Positions 1 through 9,172 are shown, numbered from the stretch's first letter. The stretch is 64,000 nucleotides of DNA from an uncultured Candidatus Saccharibacteria bacterium (GCA_964650255.1 CAZYQT010000003.1:14619-78618), one strand, 5' to 3'. Made by a program: numbers and translations. The notes: generated by a model from the sequence alone, not told the origin.

Positions 1-582
1 TCCTTCACCATTAACACTGCTCCAGCCCAAGTAGCTACTCCGACCATTTCTCCAAATGGAGCAACCTTTACTACTTCTCAGACCGTTAGCCTTTCTACTT
101 CAACTGCAGGTGCTACCATCCGTTACACAACCGATGGTTCTACACCGAGTTCAACAGTAGGTACTGTATACAGCTCTGCCTTTACTTTAACTTCAAGTGC
201 CACTGTGAAAGCCATTGCTTACAAGTCTGGCTCCACAGACAGTGCTGTTGCTTCTGCTGCGTTTACGTATGCCGCTACATCAGATGCTCCCCCAAGAATC
301 ACATCTATTTGGTTAAGCGCAAAAACTCAAACCAGTGGTACCATTTCTTGGAAGACAAACAATGTTACGACTACAGGTACCATTGCATATGGAACCATTA
401 GAACCAACCTAAACCAAACAGTTCAAGAAACTAACCCGCCAAGCTGTAATTCAACCACCTGTACTCACACAGCGACTATTAGTGGGTTGACTCGTAACAC
501 AACTTACTACTACCGTATTACCTCAGTTGGTACTAACGGTACTTACACCACTAACCGCTACTCGTTCAAAACGAGTAGGTAG
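1..582 (+). CDS. 5'-truncated cell-surface protein fragment (chitobiase/beta-hexosaminidase C-terminal-like domain followed by fibronectin type III-like domain)
   Basis: Frame 1 is open from nt 1; motif ATIRYTTDGSTPSSTVGTVYSSAFTLTSSATVKAIAYKSG resembles CHB_HEX_C domain; following segment (PPRITSIWLSAKTQTSGTISW...TTYYYRITSVGTNG) is Fn3-like. Listed ORF start at 205 is only an internal Met. Confidence 0.5.
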   Translation, partial: SFTINTAPAQVATPTISPNGATFTTSQTVSLSTSTAGATIRYTTDGSTPSSTVGTVYSSAFTLTSSATVKAIAYKSGSTDSAVASAAFTYAATSDAPPRITSIWLSAKTQTSGTISWKTNNVTTTGTIAYGTIRTNLNQTVQETNPPSCNSTTCTHTATISGLTRNTTYYYRITSVGTNGTYTTNRYSFKTSR

Positions 583-617
583 GGTGTGGTATAATTCCTT
601 TATCAAGGAATTATGGA

Positions 618-1667
618 ATGCTTAAGAATTCAAAACAAAGCTTAATAAAATCTTCAGTTGTTATTGCTTGTTTAATGTTAGCTATTGGCGGTATCATTGC
701 ATACCGCCAATATGGTAAGGTGCAGCTTGTGTCTACTAAGGCTTCCTACGCTAACACTTTGAACTGGGAAGTCTTAGAGCCAGAGAGTACTGTCTCTGCT
801 AAAATTTATCGAACTACCACGGACTTTTTAGAAGACCCGGATGACCAGTATTTAGTAGCAACAGTTGCATATCCAACCACAACTTTTACCGACACTCATG
901 TTTCAAACGGAGTAACCTATTATTACTCTGTATTTTTAGTTGATGAAACCGGCGCAACATTTGACCCGTCATATTTCGCCATGGCGCCAGTTGATGTGGC
1001 TGGTGGAGATGATGGCGGCGGCGGAGGAGGAGGCGGAGGCGGTGGATCTTCTGGCGGTTCAGGCGGAGGAAGCGGGGGGGGGTCACCAAATATTCCACCA
1101 CCAACGCCAACAAGCGGTACTCGTTTAATTAATTCTAACGGCACATACTATTTTATTAGCGGTGGTTTCCGCAGGGGGATTACTTCTCCAGGAATTATGT
1201 ATGCTTGTGGTTTTGAATTTAAAGATGCCAAAGCTGCAACAGCGAGTGATCTTGCTGTGCCAACCAGCCTGCTACTTCCATGTGATGGTAGCTTAGTAAA
1301 GTCACGTGAAGACCAAACGGTTTACTTAATTTCTTCCAACAAGCGTTATGCCTTTACATCGGCTTCTGTATTTACAGGTTTGGGCTTTAAATTTTCATCA
1401 GTGTTAATTGTCACAAATCCTGAGCTACAAGCCTTAGCCAAAGCGAACGATTTGAATGATTCTAAAGCTACGCATTTGCCAGGAACTGACATAAACATGA
1501 GCGGTACAGTTTATTGGATTGATGGTAACATGCAAAAGCATGCGTACCCATCGTTAGAGGTTTATAACACATGGCACAGAGACGGGGACTTCACAACAGT
1601 TGTTCCTGCGAACGCCAATGATTCTAATTTAACAACTGGTAGTAACGTTAGCGCGCGAGCATTTTAA
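618..1667 (+). CDS. membrane-anchored surface protein with Fn3-like region and poly-Gly/Ser linker
   Basis: N-terminal hydrophobic anchor (SSVVIACLMLAIGGIIAY), Fn3-like beta-rich segment, 40-residue Gly/Ser linker (GGDDGGGGGGGGGGGSSGGSGGGSGGGS) encoded by G-rich DNA 1003-1090, C-terminal globular domain. Confidence 0.6.
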   Translation: MLKNSKQSLIKSSVVIACLMLAIGGIIAYRQYGKVQLVSTKASYANTLNWEVLEPESTVSAKIYRTTTDFLEDPDDQYLVATVAYPTTTFTDTHVSNGVTYYYSVFLVDETGATFDPSYFAMAPVDVAGGDDGGGGGGGGGGGSSGGSGGGSGGGSPNIPPPTPTSGTRLINSNGTYYFISGGFRRGITSPGIMYACGFEFKDAKAATASDLAVPTSLLLPCDGSLVKSREDQTVYLISSNKRYAFTSASVFTGLGFKFSSVLIVTNPELQALAKANDLNDSKATHLPGTDINMSGTVYWIDGNMQKHAYPSLEVYNTWHRDGDFTTVVPANANDSNLTTGSNVSARAF

Positions 1668-1690
1668 ATAGATAATCATACTATTAGATG

Positions 1691-1718
1691 AAAAACTGCC
1701 TTAAATAAGGCAGTTTTT
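1691..1718 (+). terminator. rho-independent terminator after surface-protein gene
   Basis: 7-bp stem ctgcctt/aaggcag with 4-nt loop followed by TTTTT; A-run upstream. Confidence 0.6.
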
Positions 1719-1743
1719 AAGTACAATAGTGCGGAATTGCTAT

Positions 1744-1771
1744 TGACAAATCCATAGCTTTATGATATAAT
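1744..1771 (+). promoter_or_regulatory. near-consensus sigma70 promoter (TTGACA-16-TGaTATAAT)
   Basis: TTGACA at 1744-1749, extended -10 TGATATAAT ending 1771, 28 nt upstream of the ATG at 1799. Confidence 0.55.
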
Positions 1772-1798
1772 TTGCAGTTAATAATTAACCAATAAATT

Positions 1799-2860
1799 AT
1801 GTCATTAACATCACTTAAGCGGGTAATTAGTTTATTCGTTGTAGCAGTAGTCATTGCGACCAGTCTTAGCACTCCTGCCTTGGCTAGCGCAGCTACTCAG
1901 GTTCAACCACCAAAGCTGGCTTTGGTATCAGCTCGAGACAATATCACTGGCAGTTTTACTACCAGCCAGTCTGTGTACGCTACTCAATCGTACATTTACT
2001 TGGCTTCTAGCCAGGGAACATTGTTTGTTTTAAAACGAAGCAAGTCAGAAAATTTTCCGTTGGTAGAACAAGTAAATATTGGCTCACCACTAACTTCAGT
2101 TCGTGGCTATGGTAGCAAACTATTCGTTGCATCGATGGATGGTTACTTGCGCCAATACTCAACTACTAACCCATTAACATTAGTTCGCTCAGTGCAAGTT
2201 TCTAGCTATGGTCTAAGCGCTATTGCTATTACTAACAATACTGTTTACGTAGCTAAAGGCCAGACTTCGTTAGCTGTTGATTCCAGCAATCTTTATTTAT
2301 CACAATTAAATGAAGGTGAAGTTGCTGTGGCTCTTAATAACAACCTTGAAGTCACAAAAACTTTTGGTACTACTTTTGAGCCAGGGCTTACTGTAGCTTA
2401 CAGTCGTAGTACTGGTGCTCGGATTGGTGCAGTTGCAAATCCAATTACAGTACTTAATGAGACAGGGTTTCCTTCATTATTCTCATTCAGCGGTAATTTG
2501 TTCCAAACAGTTCCGGGGTGTTGCGGTGATGGAGTATCGGTTACTCCAACCAGGACTTTGACTGATACTCGCGTAGTCTCTCAACCTTATGCCAATGCGG
2601 TAAGTGTAAATTCAAAAGGATTGGTAATTGGTGATGAACTCGGTAAGGTTAGTCTGTATAAGCTTAGTAATAGCTCTGCTACAAAACTAAAGACTGTAGA
2701 CTTGCGCCAGTTAACCAATAATACTGGTAGCGAAGATATTGAAATTCGCTCGGTATGGTCAGATGGTTATGACAACTTAGTATTTGCTGCTTCAAGTTGG
2801 GGTAATACTACAACTCAAAATGCAAGCTTGCCTTCAGTATTTATTTTGGAAGCTAACTAA
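1799..2860 (+). CDS. secreted beta-rich repeat protein (LVIVD/beta-propeller-like)
   Basis: Signal peptide (LFVVAVVIATSLSTPALASAAT); repeated hydrophobic-strand motifs (YIYLASSQGTLFVLK, KLFVASMDGYLRQYS, TVYVAKGQTSLAVDSSNLYLSQ) reminiscent of LVIVD repeats. Confidence 0.45.
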   Translation: MSLTSLKRVISLFVVAVVIATSLSTPALASAATQVQPPKLALVSARDNITGSFTTSQSVYATQSYIYLASSQGTLFVLKRSKSENFPLVEQVNIGSPLTSVRGYGSKLFVASMDGYLRQYSTTNPLTLVRSVQVSSYGLSAIAITNNTVYVAKGQTSLAVDSSNLYLSQLNEGEVAVALNNNLEVTKTFGTTFEPGLTVAYSRSTGARIGAVANPITVLNETGFPSLFSFSGNLFQTVPGCCGDGVSVTPTRTLTDTRVVSQPYANAVSVNSKGLVIGDELGKVSLYKLSNSSATKLKTVDLRQLTNNTGSEDIEIRSVWSDGYDNLVFAASSWGNTTTQNASLPSVFILEAN

Positions 2861-2888
2861 TTGGAAATTAGCTAAAGCGAAACATTTA

Positions 2889-2919
2889 AAAAACACCTCC
2901 CATTGCGGAGGTGTTTTTG
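2889..2919. terminator. bidirectional rho-independent terminator
   Basis: Stem acacctcc/ggaggtgt (8 bp), loop cattgc, A-run upstream and T-run downstream; sits between convergent genes. Confidence 0.65.
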
Positions 2920-2920
2920 G

Positions 2921-3277
2921 TTATAGTGCTAAGTTGATGATTATCAGGATTACCAGGGCCAGGAACAGCCAGCCTAGAGTGTATAGAAAGAGCTGGACTG
3001 CTTCAGTTTTTTTATCACCAAGATACATTAGAATCGGTCTACCCAACACCAAACCGCCAGTAATAGCTGCAGATAGTACAAACAAGGTCAGAAAAGTCAT
3101 TGGTGCCAATATCATGTGATCTTGTTCAATTAGTTGGCCTAAATTGGTCATAATTGTCACGACAATTGCCACGTAAGCAATTACACCAAGGGTGTTAATC
3201 AGGCTGTGCTTAATGAGTTTATTCATATTAATAAGATTAATTACTTTTACTATAACAAATACGTTCAATAGCTCCAA
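2921..3277 (-). CDS. small integral membrane protein
   Basis: Three predicted TM helices; start may be the internal Met (MNKLIKH, about nt 3226). Confidence 0.4.
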   Translation of the reverse strand: MELLNVFVIVKVINLINMNKLIKHSLINTLGVIAYVAIVVTIMTNLGQLIEQDHMILAPMTFLTLFVLSAAITGGLVLGRPILMYLGDKKTEAVQLFLYTLGWLFLALVILIIINLAL

Positions 3278-3292
3278 TGGTCACGTTGTAGT

Positions 3293-4060
3293 TTAGCTTA
3301 GTAAAGTTAAGGCTCCATAAAATCCAGCTTTGTCTCCAAGAGTAGAAATTTTGACAGGAATATTATAAGACCGTCCTTTGGTTAATTTTTCAAGCTCTTG
3401 TTTAATTTCATCAGCCTGCCAATTTGCCCCTTGGACAACCCCGCCGTTCAAAATAACTAATTCAGTTGGCCAATGCAAAATTGTATTGTACAAACCTATT
3501 GCAAAATATTTTTTAAAATCTGGCTCGTGAATATAGCTCTCTAAATGTCCGGGTTGATTGTGGGCAGGACAAAGTGGTCCGGTTGGATCGATAACCTGAT
3601 GCCCAATCCCAAAACTGTAGCTACCATCTACTAAGTTCTTGTTTGCTATCCAAGCACCACCAATACCAGTACCAATTGCAATATACACAAAATTTTCTAA
3701 TTCTTGCCCTTCCCCAAAATTGCTTTCTCCGAGTGCGCCCACAGCGCAGTCATTTTCCACCTTCACTGGGCAGTTAAACATTTCTGATAAAGTTTTGATT
3801 AATGGTTTATCTGACCAGTCTTGTAAATTGGCAGCGTGAACTATAATAGATTTATCTTTATTTAGTCTTCCTGCCACCCCGCCGGCAACCCCATTAATTT
3901 TTTGGCCAGCTGCTAGTTTAACCGCCTCTGTTTTTAGTAATTCAATGGCAGCATCAAATTTTTGCGGTGTTGGGAACGTAACGGTTTGCGCTAGAGTCTT
4001 ACCATCTCCAGAACTGGCCAGACGTAGATTGGTAGCACCGATATCAAAAAGTATGTACAT
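3293..4060 (-). CDS. ROK-family sugar kinase (glucokinase-like)
   Basis: N-terminal ILFDIGATNLRLA ATPase motif, GIGGAWIANKNL..., Cys/His cluster CPAHNQPGHLESY typical of ROK family. Confidence 0.7.
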   Translation of the reverse strand: MYILFDIGATNLRLASSGDGKTLAQTVTFPTPQKFDAAIELLKTEAVKLAAGQKINGVAGGVAGRLNKDKSIIVHAANLQDWSDKPLIKTLSEMFNCPVKVENDCAVGALGESNFGEGQELENFVYIAIGTGIGGAWIANKNLVDGSYSFGIGHQVIDPTGPLCPAHNQPGHLESYIHEPDFKKYFAIGLYNTILHWPTELVILNGGVVQGANWQADEIKQELEKLTKGRSYNIPVKISTLGDKAGFYGALTLLS

Positions 4061-4063
4061 AGT

Positions 4064-5095
4064 TTATTGCTTGAATAATTTTTTGGCCGCGTTGACCATG
4101 GAATCGTCGTCATGGTTTTTTTGCATCCAGTACCACCATTCTACACCCCAAAGATAGTTTTCGGAAAATCCAACTTTGGTGGCGTAATCAATGTTGTCTT
4201 GAAGGATTTTAGGATTCATGTGCAAGACTTGCTCATCGTGTGAGGTGTATGCAGGGTTGGAAATTTTTAGCCAAGGTTCAGCTTGCAGCTCAACCCCGAT
4301 AACTTTATTAGCCCCTGTAAGCAACCTTACTGCGCCAGCCTTTATATTATAAGTCCACCACGGTAAAGGATATGTCACATATTTGCCCTGTTTTTCGTAG
4401 TAAGCTTCTCGGTACATGGTTGCACCTAGGATGTTGGCTCCGCTTCGCGCTACGCCTATCCAGGCGCCTTTCTCGCCACTGTCAGTGGCAATCGTTGGCC
4501 TGCTATCTAGTTTTTTTACAGATTTCAGCTCCTTTTCGTACAATTCGCTTGGAGTTTGTGCACAGTCCGGTCCATATTGAAAATACGGCTCATTCTCTAT
4601 TTGCCAAGCTGCTATCGAAGTGTGGCTCTTGAAATGGGCAACTGCGATATCAACCATGTGAAGTTGGGCTTCATTTTGTTGTTCGGTCGTTAATCCATTG
4701 TACCATTCTGGTTGATGACATTCTGGCCAACGTGGCTGTTTTTTGCCTAGACCGAGAATGATCTGAATGTTTTGTTTGTCTGCTTGCCCTAGTAAAGCAT
4801 CGTAAGTTGTAAAGTCAAAATGCCCCTGCTGCGGTTCAAGCTCAGACCAATAAACTGGAAGGCGAATTTTTTGAGGACGCAAGTCAGTTAGAATTTTTTC
4901 AAACAGTTGTTGTGGATTAAAACCAAGTTCAGTAGCACGAATGGTAGAAAAGGTAATTCCCCAAGCAATGCCTTTTTGCGGTCGTCCTATAAAAAACAAA
5001 ACAACGCAAACAAAAATTATTGCTGCCAGTATGCCCGCAAAGATCTTGGCAACTTTTTTTAGTAAAGTTTTTTTGATCGGAAAGCTTTTGAACAT
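4064..5095 (-). CDS. glycoside hydrolase, clan GH-A TIM-barrel (GH5/GH42-like)
   Basis: N-terminal membrane anchor; motifs LPVYWSELEPQQGHFDF and AWQIENEP (catalytic acid in NEP context), later ELQAEPW. Confidence 0.55.
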   Translation of the reverse strand: MFKSFPIKKTLLKKVAKIFAGILAAIIFVCVVLFFIGRPQKGIAWGITFSTIRATELGFNPQQLFEKILTDLRPQKIRLPVYWSELEPQQGHFDFTTYDALLGQADKQNIQIILGLGKKQPRWPECHQPEWYNGLTTEQQNEAQLHMVDIAVAHFKSHTSIAAWQIENEPYFQYGPDCAQTPSELYEKELKSVKKLDSRPTIATDSGEKGAWIGVARSGANILGATMYREAYYEKQGKYVTYPLPWWTYNIKAGAVRLLTGANKVIGVELQAEPWLKISNPAYTSHDEQVLHMNPKILQDNIDYATKVGFSENYLWGVEWWYWMQKNHDDDSMVNAAKKLFKQ

Positions 5096-5096
5096 A

Positions 5097-5993
5097 CTAA
5101 GACATAGTTAAAAACACTAAGCCAGTACAAATTAAAATTATAGCAAGGATTTTTTGCGCTAAAATTGACCGGGTAATTTTTTCTTTGAGAATTTGCGGGT
5201 AGTATTTGGACAGGAAAATTGTTCCAACGAGTAGTAAAGCATATTGGGTCCCTTGCATGGCGTTAACAATGGTAACACTGCCCATTGATATAGCTGCGTT
5301 TTGGAGAAAACCACTTAGCATGCCAGTAACCCGCGCGCCTAAGTACAAAGCCTTGTTACCAGTTGAGGCCTGCTTTGGAGCATTAAACACAGCTGTGCGA
5401 ACAGAGCGTGGAATTAGGAAACAGAGAGATGTAAAAAAGAAACCAAATCTTGTCCAAATTAACCCTGACCACAAATTCGACTCTTGGGTGATGTATTTGA
5501 ACAAAACGAAGTGCAGGGCAAATAGCACGGCGGCAATAATTGCATTACCAAGTGCCTTTGCGTGCCAGCCAGTTTTATCTTCTCTAAGGGATACAATCAC
5601 TGCCCCTACAACTAGGAAGGCAAACGCTATCAGCTGAGTAGGCAGCAGACGCTCGCCTAAAATCACGTATGCAAATACTAAAGTAAATACTGGAACCAAA
5701 CCACCTTCAATGGGCAAGATGCGAGAAATGCTTGTGGCTTGCGTAGCTTTGTACATATAGTACAAAGCCAGTACAAAAGCTGCTCCGCTAACAAGGGCGA
5801 TTAGTATGTTTTGAGCTGATAGCAGCTGTAATCCAAATGGGGCCAGGATCAAAGTAAAAGGCGCGGTAATTCCAATATAGAAAGCGTATACTGCAGGGGA
5901 GCGCACTGCCTTGCTTAATAGGAACTTATCAATAACTCCATTAATTGCGTAAAGCGAGTAGGCAGCAATCGCAATGATGATGTAAAATGGCAT
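5097..5993 (-). CDS. EamA/DMT-family transporter
   Basis: Ten predicted TM segments in two 5-TM halves. Confidence 0.55.
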   Translation of the reverse strand: MPFYIIIAIAAYSLYAINGVIDKFLLSKAVRSPAVYAFYIGITAPFTLILAPFGLQLLSAQNILIALVSGAAFVLALYYMYKATQATSISRILPIEGGLVPVFTLVFAYVILGERLLPTQLIAFAFLVVGAVIVSLREDKTGWHAKALGNAIIAAVLFALHFVLFKYITQESNLWSGLIWTRFGFFFTSLCFLIPRSVRTAVFNAPKQASTGNKALYLGARVTGMLSGFLQNAAISMGSVTIVNAMQGTQYALLLVGTIFLSKYYPQILKEKITRSILAQKILAIILICTGLVFLTMS

Positions 5994-6000
5994 ACTTAGT

Positions 6001-7188
6001 TTAAGATCTTAATTGTTTGAAAACATCTGCGCTGGGTCGAACAGTTCGTTTTTGGGTTTCAAAGTTAACTTCAATTAGACCAAATTTTGGGCCAAACCCA
6101 TCGTGCCATTCGTGAGTGTCGGTGAGTGACCAATAGAAGTAACCGCGCACATCAGCCCCATCTTCTATAGCACGGTTTGTCCAGTAAAGATGTTCGCGAA
6201 TAAAATCTTGGCGCATGTCGTCGCGGGCATTGGCAATACCGTTCTCTGTAATGTACAAAGGCTTGTTGTATTTTTTTGATAGGTCCATCAGTAAATGATA
6301 AATTCCTTCTGGAAAAGTGCGCCAGCCCATATCGGATTTTGGACCATCAAGATTTTTTTGAACAATACCACCCCGCAAGGTCACAGTAAGTGAATGGTAA
6401 AAATAATAATTTAAACCAATAAAGTCTATCTCGTTTTTGATTTTGTTAAGAAACCAGTAATTGCCAAACCAATTATTTAGAGCCACTGCAGTTTTGTCTA
6501 AAAAGTTGTTGCGGAAAGGTTCGTTGTAAACATTATTTTTAGCAATGCTAATTTGTGCTTCAGGTATAACAGCCCTAATAGCATGGTAAGCACCTTTATG
6601 GGCAGCGGCCAAACCTCTGAACAGAAAAAAAGCACGACTAAGGCTTTTGGAAAATGGCGGCCAAAATCCTCGAATCGAACTCATGTAGGTAAAAACTTCT
6701 GGTTCGTTTATTGTGTTCCACAAATCAATTTCTGTTCCTAGCTGCTCAGCAATATATTGGGCGTATCGAATGAAAGCCGCGACGTTGTCTTTGTTGGTAA
6801 AGCCGCCACGTTCAGCTGCCCATTGCGGCAAAGTAAAATGATGCAAAGTTACCATCCTGGTTAAGCCTTGCTTCTTCATAGTTTGAAGAACTTTTCGGTA
6901 ATGCTCAATGGCGTCGGTATCCCACTTGTTTGGCTGTGGTTCAATCCGGGCCCATTCAATTGAGATCCGCATAGCCTCGAGGCCGATAGATTTGGCCAAG
7001 CTAAAATCTTCGTCGAATCTATTATAATGATCAGCTGCATCTCCGGACTTTGGCAGCTTACCAAGTCGTTCCTCGTGCCACCAGTCGCTATTGGTATTAT
7101 TGCCTTCAACCTGATGCGCGCTTGAAGCCGCCCCAAGTAGGAAATTAGTAGGTAATTTGAATGGTTTTTGTTTCTGGTCAATATTCAT
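6001..7188 (-). CDS. GH1 beta-glucosidase
   Basis: GH1 N-terminal signature FLLGAASSAHQVEGNN, acid/base TINEPEV, nucleophile ITENG. Start moved to internal Met (MNIDQKQK): the longer ORF to 7380 would run through the upstream terminator and into the neighbouring gene. Confidence 0.85.
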   Translation of the reverse strand: MNIDQKQKPFKLPTNFLLGAASSAHQVEGNNTNSDWWHEERLGKLPKSGDAADHYNRFDEDFSLAKSIGLEAMRISIEWARIEPQPNKWDTDAIEHYRKVLQTMKKQGLTRMVTLHHFTLPQWAAERGGFTNKDNVAAFIRYAQYIAEQLGTEIDLWNTINEPEVFTYMSSIRGFWPPFSKSLSRAFFLFRGLAAAHKGAYHAIRAVIPEAQISIAKNNVYNEPFRNNFLDKTAVALNNWFGNYWFLNKIKNEIDFIGLNYYFYHSLTVTLRGGIVQKNLDGPKSDMGWRTFPEGIYHLLMDLSKKYNKPLYITENGIANARDDMRQDFIREHLYWTNRAIEDGADVRGYFYWSLTDTHEWHDGFGPKFGLIEVNFETQKRTVRPSADVFKQLRS

Positions 7189-7220
7189 TTCTACCCTAAT
7201 TGTACTATATTTACTTGATA

Positions 7221-7246
7221 ACAAAAAACCGCCTTGGGCGGTTTTG
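7221..7246 (-). terminator. rho-independent terminator for pilin-like gene
   Basis: ccgcc/ggcgg stem with A-run on plus strand (T-run on minus). Confidence 0.55.
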
Positions 7247-7279
7247 TGGTCGCTCTGCTGGTAGGTATTTCTTCGGTAG

Positions 7280-7696
7280 TTATTTAGGATAATCGGCAGA
7301 ATTAAAAACATTAATCCCAGGTTTGAATTTCGATGTTGCTGGGAACTTATCACCCAGGCAGTATTCAAGTTTAAATTCACCGTTAGGTAATAAAGTGTAC
7401 TTGTATTGCAGTTGTTCCTTAGTGCAATATTTAGTCTTATTGTTCGGATAGACCGGCATTGCCGCCAAATAGGTTGGAATCAATTGCTCCAAATTATTTG
7501 GGTATACTTTATTCTCATCTTTGTACAATTCTAAAGCTGATGCGATAGCGCGTGCATTAGCAATTCTTTTACTATCCGGGCTGCGTTGTCCTTCTCCAAA
7601 GAATATGCCAACCACGAGAAAGAAAATTACAAAAATGCCTCCAACAACTGCAATTGTGGTAAGTAAAGTGATCACTATGAACCTTAGTGCTTTCAT
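7280..7696 (-). CDS. pilin/pseudopilin-like protein lacking canonical prepilin G-F-T-L-I-E motif
   Basis: N-terminal hydrophobic helix followed by RIANARAIASALELYKDENKVYPNNLEQL, which matches the conserved pseudopilin alpha1-C segment. Confidence 0.45.
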   Translation of the reverse strand: MKALRFIVITLLTTIAVVGGIFVIFFLVVGIFFGEGQRSPDSKRIANARAIASALELYKDENKVYPNNLEQLIPTYLAAMPVYPNNKTKYCTKEQLQYKYTLLPNGEFKLEYCLGDKFPATSKFKPGINVFNSADYPK

Positions 7697-7716
7697 AATA
7701 GAATTGAGCTGGAAAA

Positions 7717-8109
7717 TTATTCGCTAGTTACACCATCAAAATGTTCTTCGTCGCCTTCTGCCTCTTGCTTGGTTGCATGGGTAATGCCGTCTTTGTGGTT
7801 TGGAGGAGAGTAAACAGTATAAAGTTTCATGGTCTCTTGGGAAGTGTTAATGATATTATGCTCAACCCCAGCAGGAACTATTACAGCGAAACCATCAGCA
7901 ATATCATTTTCAACGCCGTTTAAAATTGTCTTGCCAGAAGCAGATTCAATTCTGATGAATTGATCTAAGTCATGGGTTTCGCTGCCAATATCTTCCCCAG
8001 GCTTAAGACTCATCACTACTAGTTGACTATTTTTTGCAGTATACAAAACTTTGCGAAAATTTTCATTTTCTAAAGAAGCTTTTTCAATATTTATTACGTA
8101 GCCGTTCAT
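7717..8109 (-). CDS. cupin-domain protein
   Basis: HDLDQFIRIESASGKTILNG...FAVIVPAGVEHNIIN cupin beta-barrel motifs. Confidence 0.65.
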   Translation of the reverse strand: MNGYVINIEKASLENENFRKVLYTAKNSQLVVMSLKPGEDIGSETHDLDQFIRIESASGKTILNGVENDIADGFAVIVPAGVEHNIINTSQETMKLYTVYSPPNHKDGITHATKQEAEGDEEHFDGVTSE

Positions 8110-8119
8110 AGGTATAAAA

Positions 8120-8284
8120 TTAATGAATCATTGAGCTAATTGTGATGCCCAAGTAATACGGCCAAATAATGAGAGCAAGCACACCTTTCCCAAAACTAAG
8201 GTGAACAAACCCAATTGTAAACAACCAACCAATAAACCAGATGGCTCCTGGAAAAGTGTGGTTTTCAATTTTAATTTTTTCCAT
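8120..8284 (-). CDS. 54-aa small membrane protein (not in supplied ORF track)
   Basis: Hand-translated MEKIKIENHTFPGAIWFIGWLFTIGFVHLSFGKGVLALIIWPYYLGITISSMIH; two hydrophobic helices; fills the gap between cupin and DUF4342 genes. Confidence 0.35.
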   Translation of the reverse strand: MEKIKIENHTFPGAIWFIGWLFTIGFVHLSFGKGVLALIIWPYYLGITISSMIH

Positions 8285-8298
8285 ATAATTCCTTTAGA

Positions 8299-8583
8299 TT
8301 AATTATTATTTTCAGGCTGGGTATCTGTCGCACCCCTTTTTATAACTATGATGCTGCATTCGCTAATTAGCGCAGCTAACGCACCAACTGCAGCCAAAAC
8401 CGGGGCTAGTACGGTACCAACCACAGCGATTGTTAATGGGATTTCCATTATCACATCACCTTTTTCATTTTTAAGAATTATTCGTCGAGCGTTGCCAGCC
8501 TTAATAATTTCTTTGATTTTTTGAACTAAACCATCGCCGGAAACTTTAAATTCTTCCTGGTGACTTGTATCTTGCTCATTCAT
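8299..8583 (-). CDS. DUF4342-like small protein
   Basis: EEFKVSGDGLVQKIKEIIKAGNARRIILKNEKGDVIMEIPLTIAVVGTVLAPVLAAVGALAALISECSIIV matches my recollection of DUF4342 domain architecture. Confidence 0.5.
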   Translation of the reverse strand: MNEQDTSHQEEFKVSGDGLVQKIKEIIKAGNARRIILKNEKGDVIMEIPLTIAVVGTVLAPVLAAVGALAALISECSIIVIKRGATDTQPENNN

Positions 8584-8591
8584 TTTTTTGG

Positions 8592-9008
8592 TTACTTAAT
8601 GATATTATTGTATGCATCATCTTTAAGCATCAGGCCTCGCAAAGTTTTGACACTAAAATAGATGGCAATTAGGAATAGAAGACCAAGGCCAATGTTCGTT
8701 AAGAAAAACTTTTCTGCTTGATCAGTATTGAAATGCTGTTGGTAGGTCCAAACAGCTGCTGACTCAAAGATTAAAAATCCGACAGTGGAGATGGTGGCAT
8801 TTATCCCAGCGTCCCAAGTTTGTTTGGGGTTTGTGAATCCTGCAGCAAAGCCTAATAGTAGAATGGCAGCAACTGAAACAGTCACAGGTACATTTAGCAG
8901 GTCTTTGAAGGTAGGGAGTGTCAGCAACATAATTATAGCAGCAATCATGAATAACCACCTGACTGTGTTTCCATAGTAGTGAGGGAATTTCATTATTGAT
9001 GGGTTCAT
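8592..9008 (-). CDS. 4-TM membrane protein
   Basis: Four hydrophobic helices; good SD (gagggggtgaaataaATG). Confidence 0.5.
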   Translation of the reverse strand: MNPSIMKFPHYYGNTVRWLFMIAAIIMLLTLPTFKDLLNVPVTVSVAAILLLGFAAGFTNPKQTWDAGINATISTVGFLIFESAAVWTYQQHFNTDQAEKFFLTNIGLGLLFLIAIYFSVKTLRGLMLKDDAYNNIIK

Positions 9009-9128
9009 ATTATTTCACCCCCTCTAAGCGCAATTAGGCTATTTTATCGACCTTTACCCTCCATCTTTATCAAAGACCCATTAGAGCACAATGTCAATAC
9101 CATTTAAAAAGGAGGGTCTTGACTTTTT

Positions 9129-9159
9129 TAAAAAACATCTGTCTAAAACAGATGTTTTT
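9129..9159. terminator. rho-independent terminator after ABC-2 permease gene
   Basis: Stem acatctgt/acagatgt 8 bp, loop ctaaa, flanked by A-run and T-run. Confidence 0.65.
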
Positions 9160-9172
9160 GCGTTATATAGAC

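Noticed and set aside
886-1144. Antisense and alternative-frame ORFs (886..1113 -, 923..1144 -, 940..1128 +) with Pro/Arg/Ala-rich translations
   Set aside because: They lie entirely within the G-rich poly-Gly linker-coding tract of gene 618..1667. They are low-complexity translations of a repeat, with no start context.
2784-3119. Plus-strand 111-aa ORF
   Set aside because: Crosses the bidirectional terminator at 2889-2919 and overlaps the minus-strand membrane protein gene.
7189-7380. 64-aa N-terminal extension of the GH1 ORF
   Set aside because: It would read through the terminator at 7221-7246 and overlap the pilin-like gene. The GH1 family N-terminal signature begins right after the internal Met.
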